Assembly (NCBI GenBank): GCA_017645905.1
Contig: JAGCNO010000127.1
Coordinates: forward strand, 3,756-67,755
Direction: 5' to 3'
Length of the DNA stretch: 64,000 nucleotides
Origin: Prevotella sp.
GTDB lineage: Bacteria; Bacteroidota; Bacteroidia; Bacteroidales; Bacteroidaceae
The notes beneath the pieces were generated by a model. It was given only the letters and a program-made list of their open reading frames with translations. It was not told where the DNA came from and did not search any database. Of this stretch, positions 27,255-40,405 are shown one piece after another (position 1 is the first letter of the stretch; every line of letters begins with the position of its first letter). Made by a program: the position numbers and the translations under genes.

Positions 27255-28814
27255 ATGAAAAAGATTTTTTTACCGCTTCTGCTCTTAGTAGCAATGTCTG
27301 CACAGGCTGCAGAGAACCCAGTATTAACGATTGAAGGTGGTCAGGTTCAGGGCGTACTGGCCGACGACCATCCTGATGTGTTTGTCTATCGTGGCATCCC
27401 ATACGCTGCGCCTCCCATCCGTGAGAACCGTTGGAAGGAGCCGCAGCCCATCGTGCCTTGGAAGGGCGTGAAGATTTGCGATACCTTCGGTCGTCCGAGC
27501 TTCCAGGCCATCCAGTATACCGGCGGCTACTACACCGAATGGGGCTATGGCAAGGAGGCTGCCTTCAGCGAGGACTGCCTGTACCTGAATGTATGGACGA
27601 AGGCACCCGGACAGGTGGGCAAGAAGCTGCCTGTGGCCCTTTGGATTCATGGTGGCGGCTATCGTGAGGGCTTTGGTTCAGAGCCTGAGTTCGACGGTCA
27701 GGAGTGGGGCGCTAAGGATGTGGTGCTTGTCAGCATCAACTATCGTCTCGGCGTGTTCGGATTCCTCGTTCACCCCGCTCTGACAGAGGAGAGTCCGCAT
27801 CATGTATCAGGCAACTACGGAATCCTTGACCAGATAGAAGCCCTGAAGTGGATTAAGAAGAACATCGAGCAGTTTGGTGGCGACCCGAACAACGTAACCA
27901 TTTTCGGACAGAGTGCCGGTGGCGGTAGCGTGCGTACGCTTTGCGAGAGTCCGCTGGCCCGTGGCTTGTTCCACAAGGCTGTGATTATGAGTGCCCAAGG
28001 ACTTGCAATCCCCGATGCTAACGGCAACATGATGGGTGCCCGTTACGGTGGCGGCTCTTTTGCCGATGCCGAAGCCAATGCCAAGAAGGTCTTCGACTGG
28101 GCAGGACTGACAGATTTGCAGAAAATGCGTGCAGCCTCTACCGAGACCATCTTCGCTATCCCCACGCTCTACTACCAGATTAACAACGATGGTCAGCAGG
28201 CAGGTGGTCCTATGGCCTTTATGCGTCGTGGTCTGCCCTTCATGCCGATGATTGACGGCTATGTCAGCGAGAAGAGTTTCGACGATGCTACTCGTGGCGG
28301 AACGCTGGCCGACGTTCCCTATATGATTGGCTTTACCCTCAACGATATGGGCAACATGTCGCCCAACATCGCCGAGTTCTGTAAGGTTCGTGACCAGAAG
28401 GGCGGCAAGGCCTGGGCTTACGAGTTTGCCCGTCCGCTGCCCGACGACGGCAGTCATCCTGAGGTGACCCAGCGTCTGCGTGGTGCCTTCCACTCCTCCG
28501 ACCTCTGGTTTGTGTTCAAGAGCCTGAAGCATTGCTGGCGTCCCTGGACCAAGGGCGACTGGGATCTCTCCGAAAAGATGCTTACCGCCTGGACAAACTT
28601 CGCCAAGTACAGCGACCCCAACGGCCCGAAGGGTGGCGAGTGGAAACCTTGTACAGAGAAGACTCCAAAGTTCATGGTGTTCAAGCTCGACGACAAGGAT
28701 GCTGAGGCCTCGTTCTTCGGCGAGCCTGAGATTGCTCCCCAACCACAGGGATTCCCCTTCGGCGGCTTTGGCGGAGCTGGTGCTCCCGGTCGTCCCGGTG
28801 CTCCCAGAAGATAA
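27255..28814 (+). CDS. Type-B carboxylesterase
   Basis: GIPYAAPP, SEDCLYLNVW, HGGG, GQSAG nucleophile, AFHSSD; promoter box TACCTTTG at 27220-27227. Confidence 0.92.
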   Translation: MKKIFLPLLLLVAMSAQAAENPVLTIEGGQVQGVLADDHPDVFVYRGIPYAAPPIRENRWKEPQPIVPWKGVKICDTFGRPSFQAIQYTGGYYTEWGYGKEAAFSEDCLYLNVWTKAPGQVGKKLPVALWIHGGGYREGFGSEPEFDGQEWGAKDVVLVSINYRLGVFGFLVHPALTEESPHHVSGNYGILDQIEALKWIKKNIEQFGGDPNNVTIFGQSAGGGSVRTLCESPLARGLFHKAVIMSAQGLAIPDANGNMMGARYGGGSFADAEANAKKVFDWAGLTDLQKMRAASTETIFAIPTLYYQINNDGQQAGGPMAFMRRGLPFMPMIDGYVSEKSFDDATRGGTLADVPYMIGFTLNDMGNMSPNIAEFCKVRDQKGGKAWAYEFARPLPDDGSHPEVTQRLRGAFHSSDLWFVFKSLKHCWRPWTKGDWDLSEKMLTAWTNFAKYSDPNGPKGGEWKPCTEKTPKFMVFKLDDKDAEASFFGEPEIAPQPQGFPFGGFGGAGAPGRPGAPRR

Positions 28815-28842
28815 TCTGTCGTTATCATCATTAATCGATAAG

Positions 28843-28876
28843 AGCCTCGGCATCTGCAAGCCGGGGCTTTTCTTTT
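28843..28876 (+). terminator. Intrinsic terminator
   Basis: AGCCTCGGC/GCCGGGGCT stem followed by TTTTCTTTT. Confidence 0.75.
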
Positions 28877-29012
28877 GTCCAATTCCGCAAAGTGGCCATA
28901 ACTTTGGCATGATATTTGCAAATGGTCAGGATAACAAATGAATTATAGGGCAAATAAGCATAAGAAAATGTAAATTCTTAGGTGTTTATGCTCTCGTTTG
29001 CCAAAAAAGCAG

Positions 29013-29020
29013 TAACTTTG
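29013..29020 (+). promoter_or_regulatory. -7 promoter box of secA (TAACTTTG)
   Basis: TAnnTTTG consensus with an upstream TTTG. Confidence 0.6.
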
Positions 29021-29065
29021 CACCCCAAATAGTAATTTGTAAATCGTAAATCGTAAATAAACAAC

Positions 29066-32473
<3,408 letters not shown>

Positions 32474-32558
32474 TAAATACAAAAAAAGATAAAAGAAATT
32501 TGCGTAATAGAAGGATTTTATTTAAATTTGCATCCGAATTATTACACACCCAACGAAG

Positions 32559-33509
32559 ATGATTAACAGGGAGCTCATACGGATAAAGATTGTACAGCTG
32601 ACCTACGCTTACTATCAAAACGGCAACAAGAACATCGACACGGCCGAGAAGGAGCTGTTCTTCAGTCTCTCCAAGGCCTACGACCTCTACAACATGATGC
32701 TGGCTCTCATCGTGGCGGTGTCGAAGGCTGCTAACCGCCGTCTGGAGGTGGGCAGGGCTCGTGCACGTCGTGAGCGGAAACCAGAGCCATCGGCAAAGTT
32801 CGCACTTAACCGCTTTGCACTTCAGCTGGCAGACAACAAACAACTGCAGGAGTTCATAGCAGAGCAGAAATATCCGTGGGACGAGGAGCCGGAGTTCGTG
32901 GAGAAGCTGCTCACACAGATGGAGCAGACGGAATTCTATCAGGAATATATGGCTTCCGAAGTGGACGATTACAATAGCGACCGCGAACTGTGGCGCCGTC
33001 TGTACAGGTTGCTCATTCAGGACAACGACGACCTTGACGCCCTTCTTGAGGAGAAAAGTCTCTACTGGAACGATGACAAGCAGGTGGTCGACTCGTTCGT
33101 GCTCAAGACCATCAAGCGCTTCGATGAGAAGAACGGTCCGAAGCAGGAACTGTTGCCCGAGTATGACTCCGAGGAAGAGAGGGACTATGCCCGCAAGCTT
33201 TTCCGCGCCACCATTCTCAACGCCGACGAATATCAGAGGTGTATGAGCGATGCCTCACGCAACTGGGACTTCTCACGTCTGGCGTTTATGGACGTGGTCA
33301 TCATGCAGATAGCTATTGCAGAGATGCTTACCTTCCCCTCCATCCCGCTTTCAGTGACCATCAATGAGTTTGTCGAACTCTCGAAAATCTATTCCACACC
33401 CCGCAGCTACGGCTACGTCAACGGCATGCTCGACGCTATTGCCCGTCATCTCGTAAACAGCGGGAAGCTGATGAAGCAGCTGGAAGTAAAAGAACCCACA
33501 GACAATTAA
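32559..33509 (+). CDS. nusB: Transcription antitermination factor NusB
   Basis: MINRELIRIKIVQ..YA, VTINEFVELSKIYST, YVNGMLD. Confidence 0.9.
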   Translation: MINRELIRIKIVQLTYAYYQNGNKNIDTAEKELFFSLSKAYDLYNMMLALIVAVSKAANRRLEVGRARARRERKPEPSAKFALNRFALQLADNKQLQEFIAEQKYPWDEEPEFVEKLLTQMEQTEFYQEYMASEVDDYNSDRELWRRLYRLLIQDNDDLDALLEEKSLYWNDDKQVVDSFVLKTIKRFDEKNGPKQELLPEYDSEEERDYARKLFRATILNADEYQRCMSDASRNWDFSRLAFMDVVIMQIAIAEMLTFPSIPLSVTINEFVELSKIYSTPRSYGYVNGMLDAIARHLVNSGKLMKQLEVKEPTDN

Positions 33510-33525
33510 CTAAATACAAATCAAT

Positions 33526-33846
33526 ATGACAAGCATTATTTTACAGGCTGCTCAGCCCGGAGGTGGCGGCATGACAATGATTCTGATGATGGTGGCAATC
33601 TTTGCCATCATGTGGTTCTTCATGATTCGCCCTCAGCAGAAGAGGCAGAAGGAAATCCAGAAATTCCAAAATGAATTGACTGAGGGTACCCAGGTGGTCA
33701 CCGGTGGCGGCATCTACGGTACTGTGAAGAGCATCGACTTAGCGAAGAATACCGTCGAGGTGAAGATTGCACGCGACGTCATCGTCACCGTAGACAGGAG
33801 CTACGTGTTCAAGGACATGGCTAACACACCGATGCAGAACAAGTGA
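33526..33846 (+). CDS. yajC: Preprotein translocase subunit YajC
   Basis: FFMIRPQQKRQK, VVTGGGIYG. Confidence 0.93.
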   Translation: MTSIILQAAQPGGGGMTMILMMVAIFAIMWFFMIRPQQKRQKEIQKFQNELTEGTQVVTGGGIYGTVKSIDLAKNTVEVKIARDVIVTVDRSYVFKDMANTPMQNK

Positions 33847-33849
33847 TAG

Positions 33850-34830
33850 GTGTCTAGCATAGCATCCATATACCATACAATAGTGAATTTCCTGTTCAGT
33901 AAAACGAACAGGGAGTTCATTGTTTTTATGTTCTTCTTAGCTCTCTCTGGTATATTCTGGCTGATGATGCAGCTCAATGAGACCAAGGAGCAGGAAGTGC
34001 GCATTGTGGTGCGCTACACCAATGTGCGGAAGAACGCCGTGCTCACCTCAGGCGAGACCGACACCCTGCGTGTCACGGTCAACGACAAGGGCTTCAACAT
34101 CATCAGCTACCTCTATGGTCAGACTCACCGTCCGCTCGACATCGACTTCTCGCGCTATGCCGCTAACAACGGAACAGGAACCGTAGTCAGCTCAGACATC
34201 AAAAAGATGGTGGCAGCAGAGTTGCCCGCATCCTCGAAGGTCATCAGCATCAAGCCCGACAAGCTCGTGTTCTATTATAATAATGGTGAGTCGAAGCGCG
34301 TGCCTGTGCTCTTTCAGGGAACGGTCACCCCTCAGCAGCTCTATTTCGTGTCCGACAGACAAATCATGCCCGACAGCGTTTCCGTCTATGCCTCGAGGAC
34401 CAAGCTGGACAGCATCAAGGCCGTATATACCGAGGAACATTCCTACACCGACGTGCGCGACACCCTCATCGTGACCGCCCAACTGGCGGCCATACAGGGA
34501 GTCAAGACGGTACCCGAGAAGGTCAACATAAGGTTTGTCACCGATGTGCTCGCTGAGGTGCGCATCGACGACATACCCATAGAGGGCATCAATATGCCCG
34601 AAGGCCGGGTGCTCCGTACTTTCCCTGCCCGTACGGCAGTTCATTTCGTGACCGGGATGAAGAAATACCAGAGCCTTACGCCTAAGGACTTCCGTATCGT
34701 GGCCGACTATAATGAGTTGAGCCAAGACCCTTCGACCAAGTGCAACATCTATCTCGAGGAAATGCCGTCCGGAATCTCCAATGTCAGGCTTGACTTGACG
34801 CAAGTGGACTATCTTATCGAAGGGAAATAA
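33850..34830 (+). CDS. YbbR/CdaR-like membrane-anchored protein
   Basis: N-terminal TM segment; usual yajC-X-coaE position. Confidence 0.7.
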   Translation: MSSIASIYHTIVNFLFSKTNREFIVFMFFLALSGIFWLMMQLNETKEQEVRIVVRYTNVRKNAVLTSGETDTLRVTVNDKGFNIISYLYGQTHRPLDIDFSRYAANNGTGTVVSSDIKKMVAAELPASSKVISIKPDKLVFYYNNGESKRVPVLFQGTVTPQQLYFVSDRQIMPDSVSVYASRTKLDSIKAVYTEEHSYTDVRDTLIVTAQLAAIQGVKTVPEKVNIRFVTDVLAEVRIDDIPIEGINMPEGRVLRTFPARTAVHFVTGMKKYQSLTPKDFRIVADYNELSQDPSTKCNIYLEEMPSGISNVRLDLTQVDYLIEGK

Positions 34831-34840
34831 CTATCTTCTT

Positions 34841-35416
34841 ATGAGGACGGGCATAACAGGAGGAATAGGCAGCGGTAAGAGTTACGTCTGCCGACTGCTC
34901 AAGGAGAGGGGCATCCGCGTCTACGACTGCGACTCAGAAGCCAAGCGGCTGATGGTCTCCTCCCCTACCCTTCGACGGAAGCTCACCAGGCTCATAGGCC
35001 CGGAAACATACATAAGGACAAAAGCCACAGGTTCCAGAAAGACGGAGTACCAGCTGAACAAACCCGTGATAGCACGCTTCCTGATGTCATCACCAGAGAA
35101 TGCCAAGGCACTAGAAGCCATCGTCCATCCTGCCGTCATCGAAGACTACCTGAACAGCAACATCGAGTGGGTGGAGAGCGCGATACTCTTCGAGTCGGGG
35201 CTGAACAGTTTCGTAGACCGCATCGTGGTGGTTACCGCCCCTGAGGAAGTGCGCATCGCCCGCATCATTGAGCGTGACGGCATCTCGCGGGATAAGGCTT
35301 TAGAGTGGATAAACCACCAACTGCCACAGGACTATCTCGTTAGTCACGCAGACCATATCATCAAGAACGACGGAGAGACACCGTTGCTCCCACAAATAGA
35401 CCAACTTCTGAATTAA
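34841..35416 (+). CDS. coaE: Dephospho-CoA kinase
   Basis: GITGGIGSGKS, YDCD, IVHPAV, ESAILFE. Confidence 0.93.
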   Translation: MRTGITGGIGSGKSYVCRLLKERGIRVYDCDSEAKRLMVSSPTLRRKLTRLIGPETYIRTKATGSRKTEYQLNKPVIARFLMSSPENAKALEAIVHPAVIEDYLNSNIEWVESAILFESGLNSFVDRIVVVTAPEEVRIARIIERDGISRDKALEWINHQLPQDYLVSHADHIIKNDGETPLLPQIDQLLN

Positions 35417-35441
35417 CTCATCATCAAAAACATAAAAGAAA

Positions 35442-35939
35442 ATGAAACAGACAATCCTATCCATCGCCGGCAAGCCCGGCCTCTACAAACTGCTCACACG
35501 CGGTAAGAACAGCCTCATCGTCGAGGCACTTGACGCCACCCACAAGCGTCAGCCCACCTTTGCCAACGACCGCATCACGTCGCTTGGCGACATCGCCATG
35601 TTCACAGACGGCGACGATGTAGCGCTCACTCAGGTACTTGAAAACATCAAGACGCTGGAGAAGGGCAAGAAATCATCGGTCAATATCAAGACCGCAAGTG
35701 GAGACGAGCTGCGTGAGTACTTCGCAAAGGTACTGCCCAACTTCGACCGCGACCGCGTACATACGAGCGACATCAAGAAGCTCATCCAGTGGTATAACAT
35801 CCTCATCGACAACGACATTACCGATTTCTTAGACGAGAAGCCCGCCGAGGAGGAAAAACCCGCCGAGAAAGCTCCTGCTACTGAGGATAAGCCCGTCGAG
35901 GCAGAGGCTCCCAAGAAGAAAGCCGCCAAGAAAAAGTAA
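35442..35939 (+). CDS. DUF5606-like conserved Bacteroidota protein
   Basis: ILSIAGKPGLYKL, DRVHTSDIKKLIQWYNIL. Confidence 0.75.
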   Translation: MKQTILSIAGKPGLYKLLTRGKNSLIVEALDATHKRQPTFANDRITSLGDIAMFTDGDDVALTQVLENIKTLEKGKKSSVNIKTASGDELREYFAKVLPNFDRDRVHTSDIKKLIQWYNILIDNDITDFLDEKPAEEEKPAEKAPATEDKPVEAEAPKKKAAKKK

Positions 35940-38900
35940 ATGCTTACCGTCTATCGTGCCAGTGCCGGCAGCGGCAAGACTTTCAGGCTGGCAGTAGAAT
36001 ATATCAAGCTGCTGGTTCAGAATCCTCAGGCATACCGCCACACGCTCGCCGTGACCTTCACCAACAAGGCCACAGAAGAGATGAAGATGAGGATTCTGAG
36101 CCAGCTTTATGGTATATGGCAGCTATTGCCCGCTTCGCACGACTACATAGATAAGGTTTGCAAAGAGCTGGACGTCACGCCTGAATACGCTTCCGAACAG
36201 GCTGGAAAAGCGCTCACCTTGCTGCTCCACAACTACAGCTACTTCCGTGTGGAGACCATCGACTCGTTCTTTCAGAGCGTGCTCCGCAACCTTGCCCGCG
36301 AACTGGAGCTGACGGCCAATCTGCGCGTAGAGCTCAACGACGTGCAGGTAGAAGAACAGGCGGTCGACGAGATGATTGACAGTCTGCAGAAGACCGACAA
36401 GATGCTCACCTGGCTCATGCGCTACATCATGGACTCTATAGGCGAAGACCATTCGTGGAACGTTATCGGACAGATAAAGCAGTTTGGACGCACCATCTTC
36501 CGCGACTACTATAAGCAGGAGAGTCGCGAGCTGAACAAAGTCCTCTCCAAGGAGGGTTTCATCGACGACTATGCGCGCTCACTCCAGACCATACGTGCCA
36601 AGGCTAAAGCTCGAATGACGAATATCGCCCAGGATTTCTTCGACACCATCGCACAGGAAGGCCTTACCGTAGATGATTTCTCGGGCAAGAGCAGAGGTGT
36701 GTGTAGCTTCTTCATCAAGCTGCAGCGTGGCGAGATGGACGAGAGCATCATCAACAAGACCGTAACCGAGACTGTAGGCAACCCTACAAAATGGTATTCC
36801 AAGACAAGCACATGTAAAGAGTTAATCCACACTTTGGCGGAAAGTCGCCTGGACAGTCTTCTACGCCAGGCTATAGAAGAGCAGCCCCGCCAATGGAGAC
36901 TCTTCAAAAGTGCCGACCTCACCCTACGCCACCTCAGCCAGCTACGACTCTTGAACAGCATTGAGACGCGTGTCCGCCTGATGAACGAAGAAGCAAACCG
37001 CTTCCTGCTCAGCGACACCCAGCAGCTGCTCCACGATGTCATCGACGGCAGCGACTCGCCATTCATCTACGAGAAGATTGGCTCACAGCTGGAGCACATC
37101 ATGATTGATGAGTTCCAAGACACTTCCACCGTACAGTGGAAGAACTTTAAGGTTCTGCTGCGCGAGACCCTCAGCCACCAAGGTGGCAGCGGACTTATCG
37201 TGGGCGACGTCAAGCAGAGCATCTACCGTTGGCGGAGTGGCGACTGGCGACTCTTGGCAGGCATCCAGAAGCAGTTTGCTCCTGCCGCAGGGGCTATACC
37301 ACACGTGAAAGTAGAGAAGCTCGACACCAACTACCGCTCCGAGCCGCGAATCATTATATTTAACAATGCCTTCTTTACCGAAGCTGCTAAAATAGAGGGA
37401 GTCAACGCCTACGACGATGTGCGCCAGCAATGGCCTGAGGGAAAGGACATGAATGGACATGTAGAGGTGACGCTGCTCCCTTCCGACGGCTATGCCGAGG
37501 CCATGCTCGCCCATGTTGCCGACCGAGTGAAGACGCTTGTCGATGCTGGGGCCAGACCGCAGGATATTGCCATTCTTGTGCGCAACAACGCTCACATTCC
37601 CCTCTTGGCAAACAACCTCTTAGAGACACTTCCCTACATAGAAGTTGTCAGCGACGAGGCCTTCCGTCTCGATGCCTCACCTGCCGTGCAGCTCATCATC
37701 TCTGCCCTGCACTACATCGTCCATCGCGAAGATGTCATAGCACGAGCCTTCTTGGCTAAGGCGGCCAGCGGAAACGTCGCCGGTTCCTTGCCCCCAGCCT
37801 TCGCCGACCATCTTGATGAGCTTGCACGTCTCCCCCTCTACGAGCTTGCAGAGCAAATCTACGCTATCTTCGCCAACTCTCAACTCTTATCTCTAAACTC
37901 TAAACTCTTATCTCTAAACTCTAAACTCTTATCTCTAAACTCTAAACTCTTATCTCTAAACTCTAAACTCTTAACTCTAAACTCCCATTCCGCCTACCTT
38001 TGCGTCTTCTATGACAAATTGGCAGATTACGTGAGTCAGACATCCTCCTCCGGCAAAAGCAGCAGAGGGCCTATCGACGACTTCCTGCGCTACTGGGACG
38101 AGACGCTTTGCAGCACCACCATTCAGAGTCCCGAAACGACCGGAGTGCGAATCATCTCCATTCACAAGTCGAAGGGGCTAGAGTTCCCGCACGTCATCAT
38201 CCCCTTTTGCGACTGGCGGTTAGAGCACAGCGACATCCTCTGGTGCCAACCCAACGAAGCGCCATTCGACCAGTTGCCACTGGCTCCCATCGACTACAGC
38301 GCGAAGGGCATGAAGGGCACCATCTACGAGCCATTCTACGAAGAAGAGCACCAGCAGACACTCGTCGACAACCTCAACCTTCTCTACGTCGCCTTCACCC
38401 GCGCCTCCTCCAATCTCTTCGTATTCGGACGGAGAGGCAGCAAGTCGTCACGCTCGGCACTCATCGAGCAAGTCCTTCAGTCGTCCGACTTCATCAAAGA
38501 CTTGAATCGCACGCCTGATTCCGAACCCAGTATGGAATCTTGCTTGTCAAATTCCGCCGATAACCTTCTCCGCTTCGACTACGGTTCCCTTTCTATCCCC
38601 CAAACCACCAAACGACCAAACCACCAAACCACCAACCCCTTCCTCCAGAAGCCCGAACCGGTGACGGTAGAGATGCATACCTACAGCAACAAGACACCTT
38701 TGGGACAGAGCAACCAGAGTGTCCGTTTCGCCGCTGGTGAAGACGACTCCATTGTAGGGGATTTGCAATCCCCGTTGAAAGGAACCTACATACAGCTGGG
38801 CAATGTCCTCCACAACGTTTTCTCCACCATTCGCACCCAGGCCGACATCGACCAGGCACTCCTTATGCTGGAGCAAGAGGGCATCATCTACGATCAGCAT

Positions 38901-39221
38901 ATCACTCGCCAACGCCTTGAGCAGCTCATCCGTAAGCGCCTTGCCGACCCACGCGTCGCCAACTGGTTCTCAGACCGTTGGACGCTCTACAACGAGTGTA
39001 ACATCCTCACCCCCGACGGCCAGACCTTCCGTCCCGACCGCGTGATGACCGACGGACAGGAGACCATCGTCGTAGACTTTAAGTTCGGCACCGAGCGCGA
39101 CGGCTATCACGACCAGGTACGCGAGTACATGTCCCTGCTCAGCCAGATGGGCATGCCCCGCGTAAAAGGCTTCCTCTGGTTCGTTTACTCCAACCAGATA
39201 GTTCCCGTTACCCCAAAGTAG
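35940..39221 (+). CDS. UvrD/AddA-like helicase-nuclease
   Basis: ASAGSGKT, TFTNKA, DEFQD, VGDVKQSIYRWR, SIHKSKGLE; C-terminal RPDRV...IVVDFKFG nuclease motif. Confidence 0.9.
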   Translation: MLTVYRASAGSGKTFRLAVEYIKLLVQNPQAYRHTLAVTFTNKATEEMKMRILSQLYGIWQLLPASHDYIDKVCKELDVTPEYASEQAGKALTLLLHNYSYFRVETIDSFFQSVLRNLARELELTANLRVELNDVQVEEQAVDEMIDSLQKTDKMLTWLMRYIMDSIGEDHSWNVIGQIKQFGRTIFRDYYKQESRELNKVLSKEGFIDDYARSLQTIRAKAKARMTNIAQDFFDTIAQEGLTVDDFSGKSRGVCSFFIKLQRGEMDESIINKTVTETVGNPTKWYSKTSTCKELIHTLAESRLDSLLRQAIEEQPRQWRLFKSADLTLRHLSQLRLLNSIETRVRLMNEEANRFLLSDTQQLLHDVIDGSDSPFIYEKIGSQLEHIMIDEFQDTSTVQWKNFKVLLRETLSHQGGSGLIVGDVKQSIYRWRSGDWRLLAGIQKQFAPAAGAIPHVKVEKLDTNYRSEPRIIIFNNAFFTEAAKIEGVNAYDDVRQQWPEGKDMNGHVEVTLLPSDGYAEAMLAHVADRVKTLVDAGARPQDIAILVRNNAHIPLLANNLLETLPYIEVVSDEAFRLDASPAVQLIISALHYIVHREDVIARAFLAKAASGNVAGSLPPAFADHLDELARLPLYELAEQIYAIFANSQLLSLNSKLLSLNSKLLSLNSKLLSLNSKLLTLNSHSAYLCVFYDKLADYVSQTSSSGKSSRGPIDDFLRYWDETLCSTTIQSPETTGVRIISIHKSKGLEFPHVIIPFCDWRLEHSDILWCQPNEAPFDQLPLAPIDYSAKGMKGTIYEPFYEEEHQQTLVDNLNLLYVAFTRASSNLFVFGRRGSKSSRSALIEQVLQSSDFIKDLNRTPDSEPSMESCLSNSADNLLRFDYGSLSIPQTTKRPNHQTTNPFLQKPEPVTVEMHTYSNKTPLGQSNQSVRFAAGEDDSIVGDLQSPLKGTYIQLGNVLHNVFSTIRTQADIDQALLMLEQEGIIYDQHITRQRLEQLIRKRLADPRVANWFSDRWTLYNECNILTPDGQTFRPDRVMTDGQETIVVDFKFGTERDGYHDQVREYMSLLSQMGMPRVKGFLWFVYSNQIVPVTPK
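37875..37985 (+). repeat. In-frame 21-bp VNTR (three heptamers) x5 encoding NSKLLSL
   Basis: AACTCTAAACTCTTATCTCTA repeated, nearly perfect. Confidence 0.95.
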
Positions 39222-39303
39222 GAACAGGATCGACCAGTTAATGCCTTCCTATTTTACACCTTTTATTTTTTCCTAAAGCTAAAACATGCAAAAAAATTTG
39301 TTT

Positions 39304-39328
39304 TGTAACTAAATTATAGTTACATTTG
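39304..39328 (+). promoter_or_regulatory. hicAB promoter with overlapping palindrome (putative HicB operator)
   Basis: TGTAACTA-N5-TAGTTACA overlapping the TACATTTG box. Confidence 0.65.
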
Positions 39329-39352
39329 CAGGCAAATAATGATACTATCAAT

Positions 39353-39610
39353 ATGGGAACACGAGAAAAACTGCGAGAAAGGTTTCTGAAACTGCCTTCC
39401 GATTTTACTTTTGAAGAAATGCAAAGGTTGCTGGAGGGCTTTGGTTACGAACGTAGCAATAAAGGCAGAACGTCAGGTTCCAGACTGATATTCAAAAACG
39501 GTGACAAACGTCCCATCATGTTGCACAAGCCACATCCTGGCAATATCGTGAAGGAGTATGCTATGAAGCAGGTATTGGAAGAGTTACGCGAAGCAGGATA
39601 TATCAAATAA
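39353..39610 (+). CDS. hicA: HicA-family toxin
   Basis: GRTSGSR...IMLHKPHPG motif; paired with hicB. Confidence 0.88.
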   Translation: MGTREKLRERFLKLPSDFTFEEMQRLLEGFGYERSNKGRTSGSRLIFKNGDKRPIMLHKPHPGNIVKEYAMKQVLEELREAGYIK

Positions 39611-39621
39611 GAAAAGGAGGA

Positions 39622-39972
39622 ATGAACATGAATACAATGTCTTATAAAGGTTATTTGGGGTCAGTGAACTACAGCGACAAAGACCAGGTGTTCTTCGGAA
39701 AGGTTGAGGGCATCAATGGTCTGGTGAACTTCGAGGGCGAAAGCGTCAAGGAACTGACTTCAGCCTTCCACGAGGCTGTGGACGACTATCTGGCCTATTG
39801 CGAGGACGAGGGCATTGAACCGGACAAGAGCTATACTGGCATGCTGAACGTGCGGCTCACTCCAGCCATCCACCGTCAGATAGCCATGCTTGCCCTTCAG
39901 GCCGGCGTTTCTATCAATGCCTACATCAAGGATACCTTGGAGGAGAAGGTAGAGGAAGCATTAGCAGTATAA
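39622..39972 (+). CDS. hicB: HicB-family antitoxin
   Basis: YKGYLGSV, FHEAVDDYL, C-terminal RHH NVRLTPAIH. Confidence 0.9.
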   Translation: MNMNTMSYKGYLGSVNYSDKDQVFFGKVEGINGLVNFEGESVKELTSAFHEAVDDYLAYCEDEGIEPDKSYTGMLNVRLTPAIHRQIAMLALQAGVSINAYIKDTLEEKVEEALAV

Positions 39973-40016
39973 CATAATCTGTGTTCAGGAAATCGTGTGG
40001 GTTGAATGAAAAAGTC

Positions 40017-40098
40017 AAAACGTCGACGTGGTTTCTATAAACTACGTCGGCGTTTCTACAAACTACGTCGGCGTTTCTACAAACATCGACGTAGTTTT
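40017..40098. repeat. Four AAAC-N9-GTTT dyads at 21-bp period
   Basis: AAACTACGTCGGCGTTTCTAC x2 flanked by units with an inverted core. Confidence 0.85.
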
Positions 40099-40190
40099 AA
40101 CTTTACACCTATCTGTTCTGAGAGCAAGAACGTACTATTCTGACACTTTCAACGTATCTTCACCATCCTTAGGTCGTAGCTTTCATTATT

Positions 40191-40306
40191 TACAACGAGT
40201 GTTACATCCTCACGCCCAACGGTCAGACCTTCCGTCCCGACCGTGTGATGACCGACGAACAAGAGGCCATCGTCGTAAATTTCAAGTTCGGTAGCGAGCG
40301 CGATGG
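40191..40306 (+). pseudogene. Degenerate duplicate of the helicase 3' region (38988-39103)
   Basis: Ungapped alignment, 14 mismatches in 116 nt by manual count. Confidence 0.9.
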
Positions 40307-40332
40307 TGGAAGAATAACGCGAAAAAGTAATA

Positions 40333-40363
40333 GGGATCCGAGGCTATCACAGCGTCGGGTCCC
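40333..40363 (-). terminator. Probable glnA terminator
   Basis: GGGATCCGAGGCT/AGCGTCGGGTCCC hairpin with a U-rich tail on the minus strand. Confidence 0.6.
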
Positions 40364-40405
40364 CTGCAAACTTCAAACAACCAAAAGAATTGTTTGATGT
40401 CTTTA

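Noticed and set aside
40028-40294. 88-aa ORF as a real gene
   Set aside because: It is made of the 21-bp array and an out-of-frame helicase relic.
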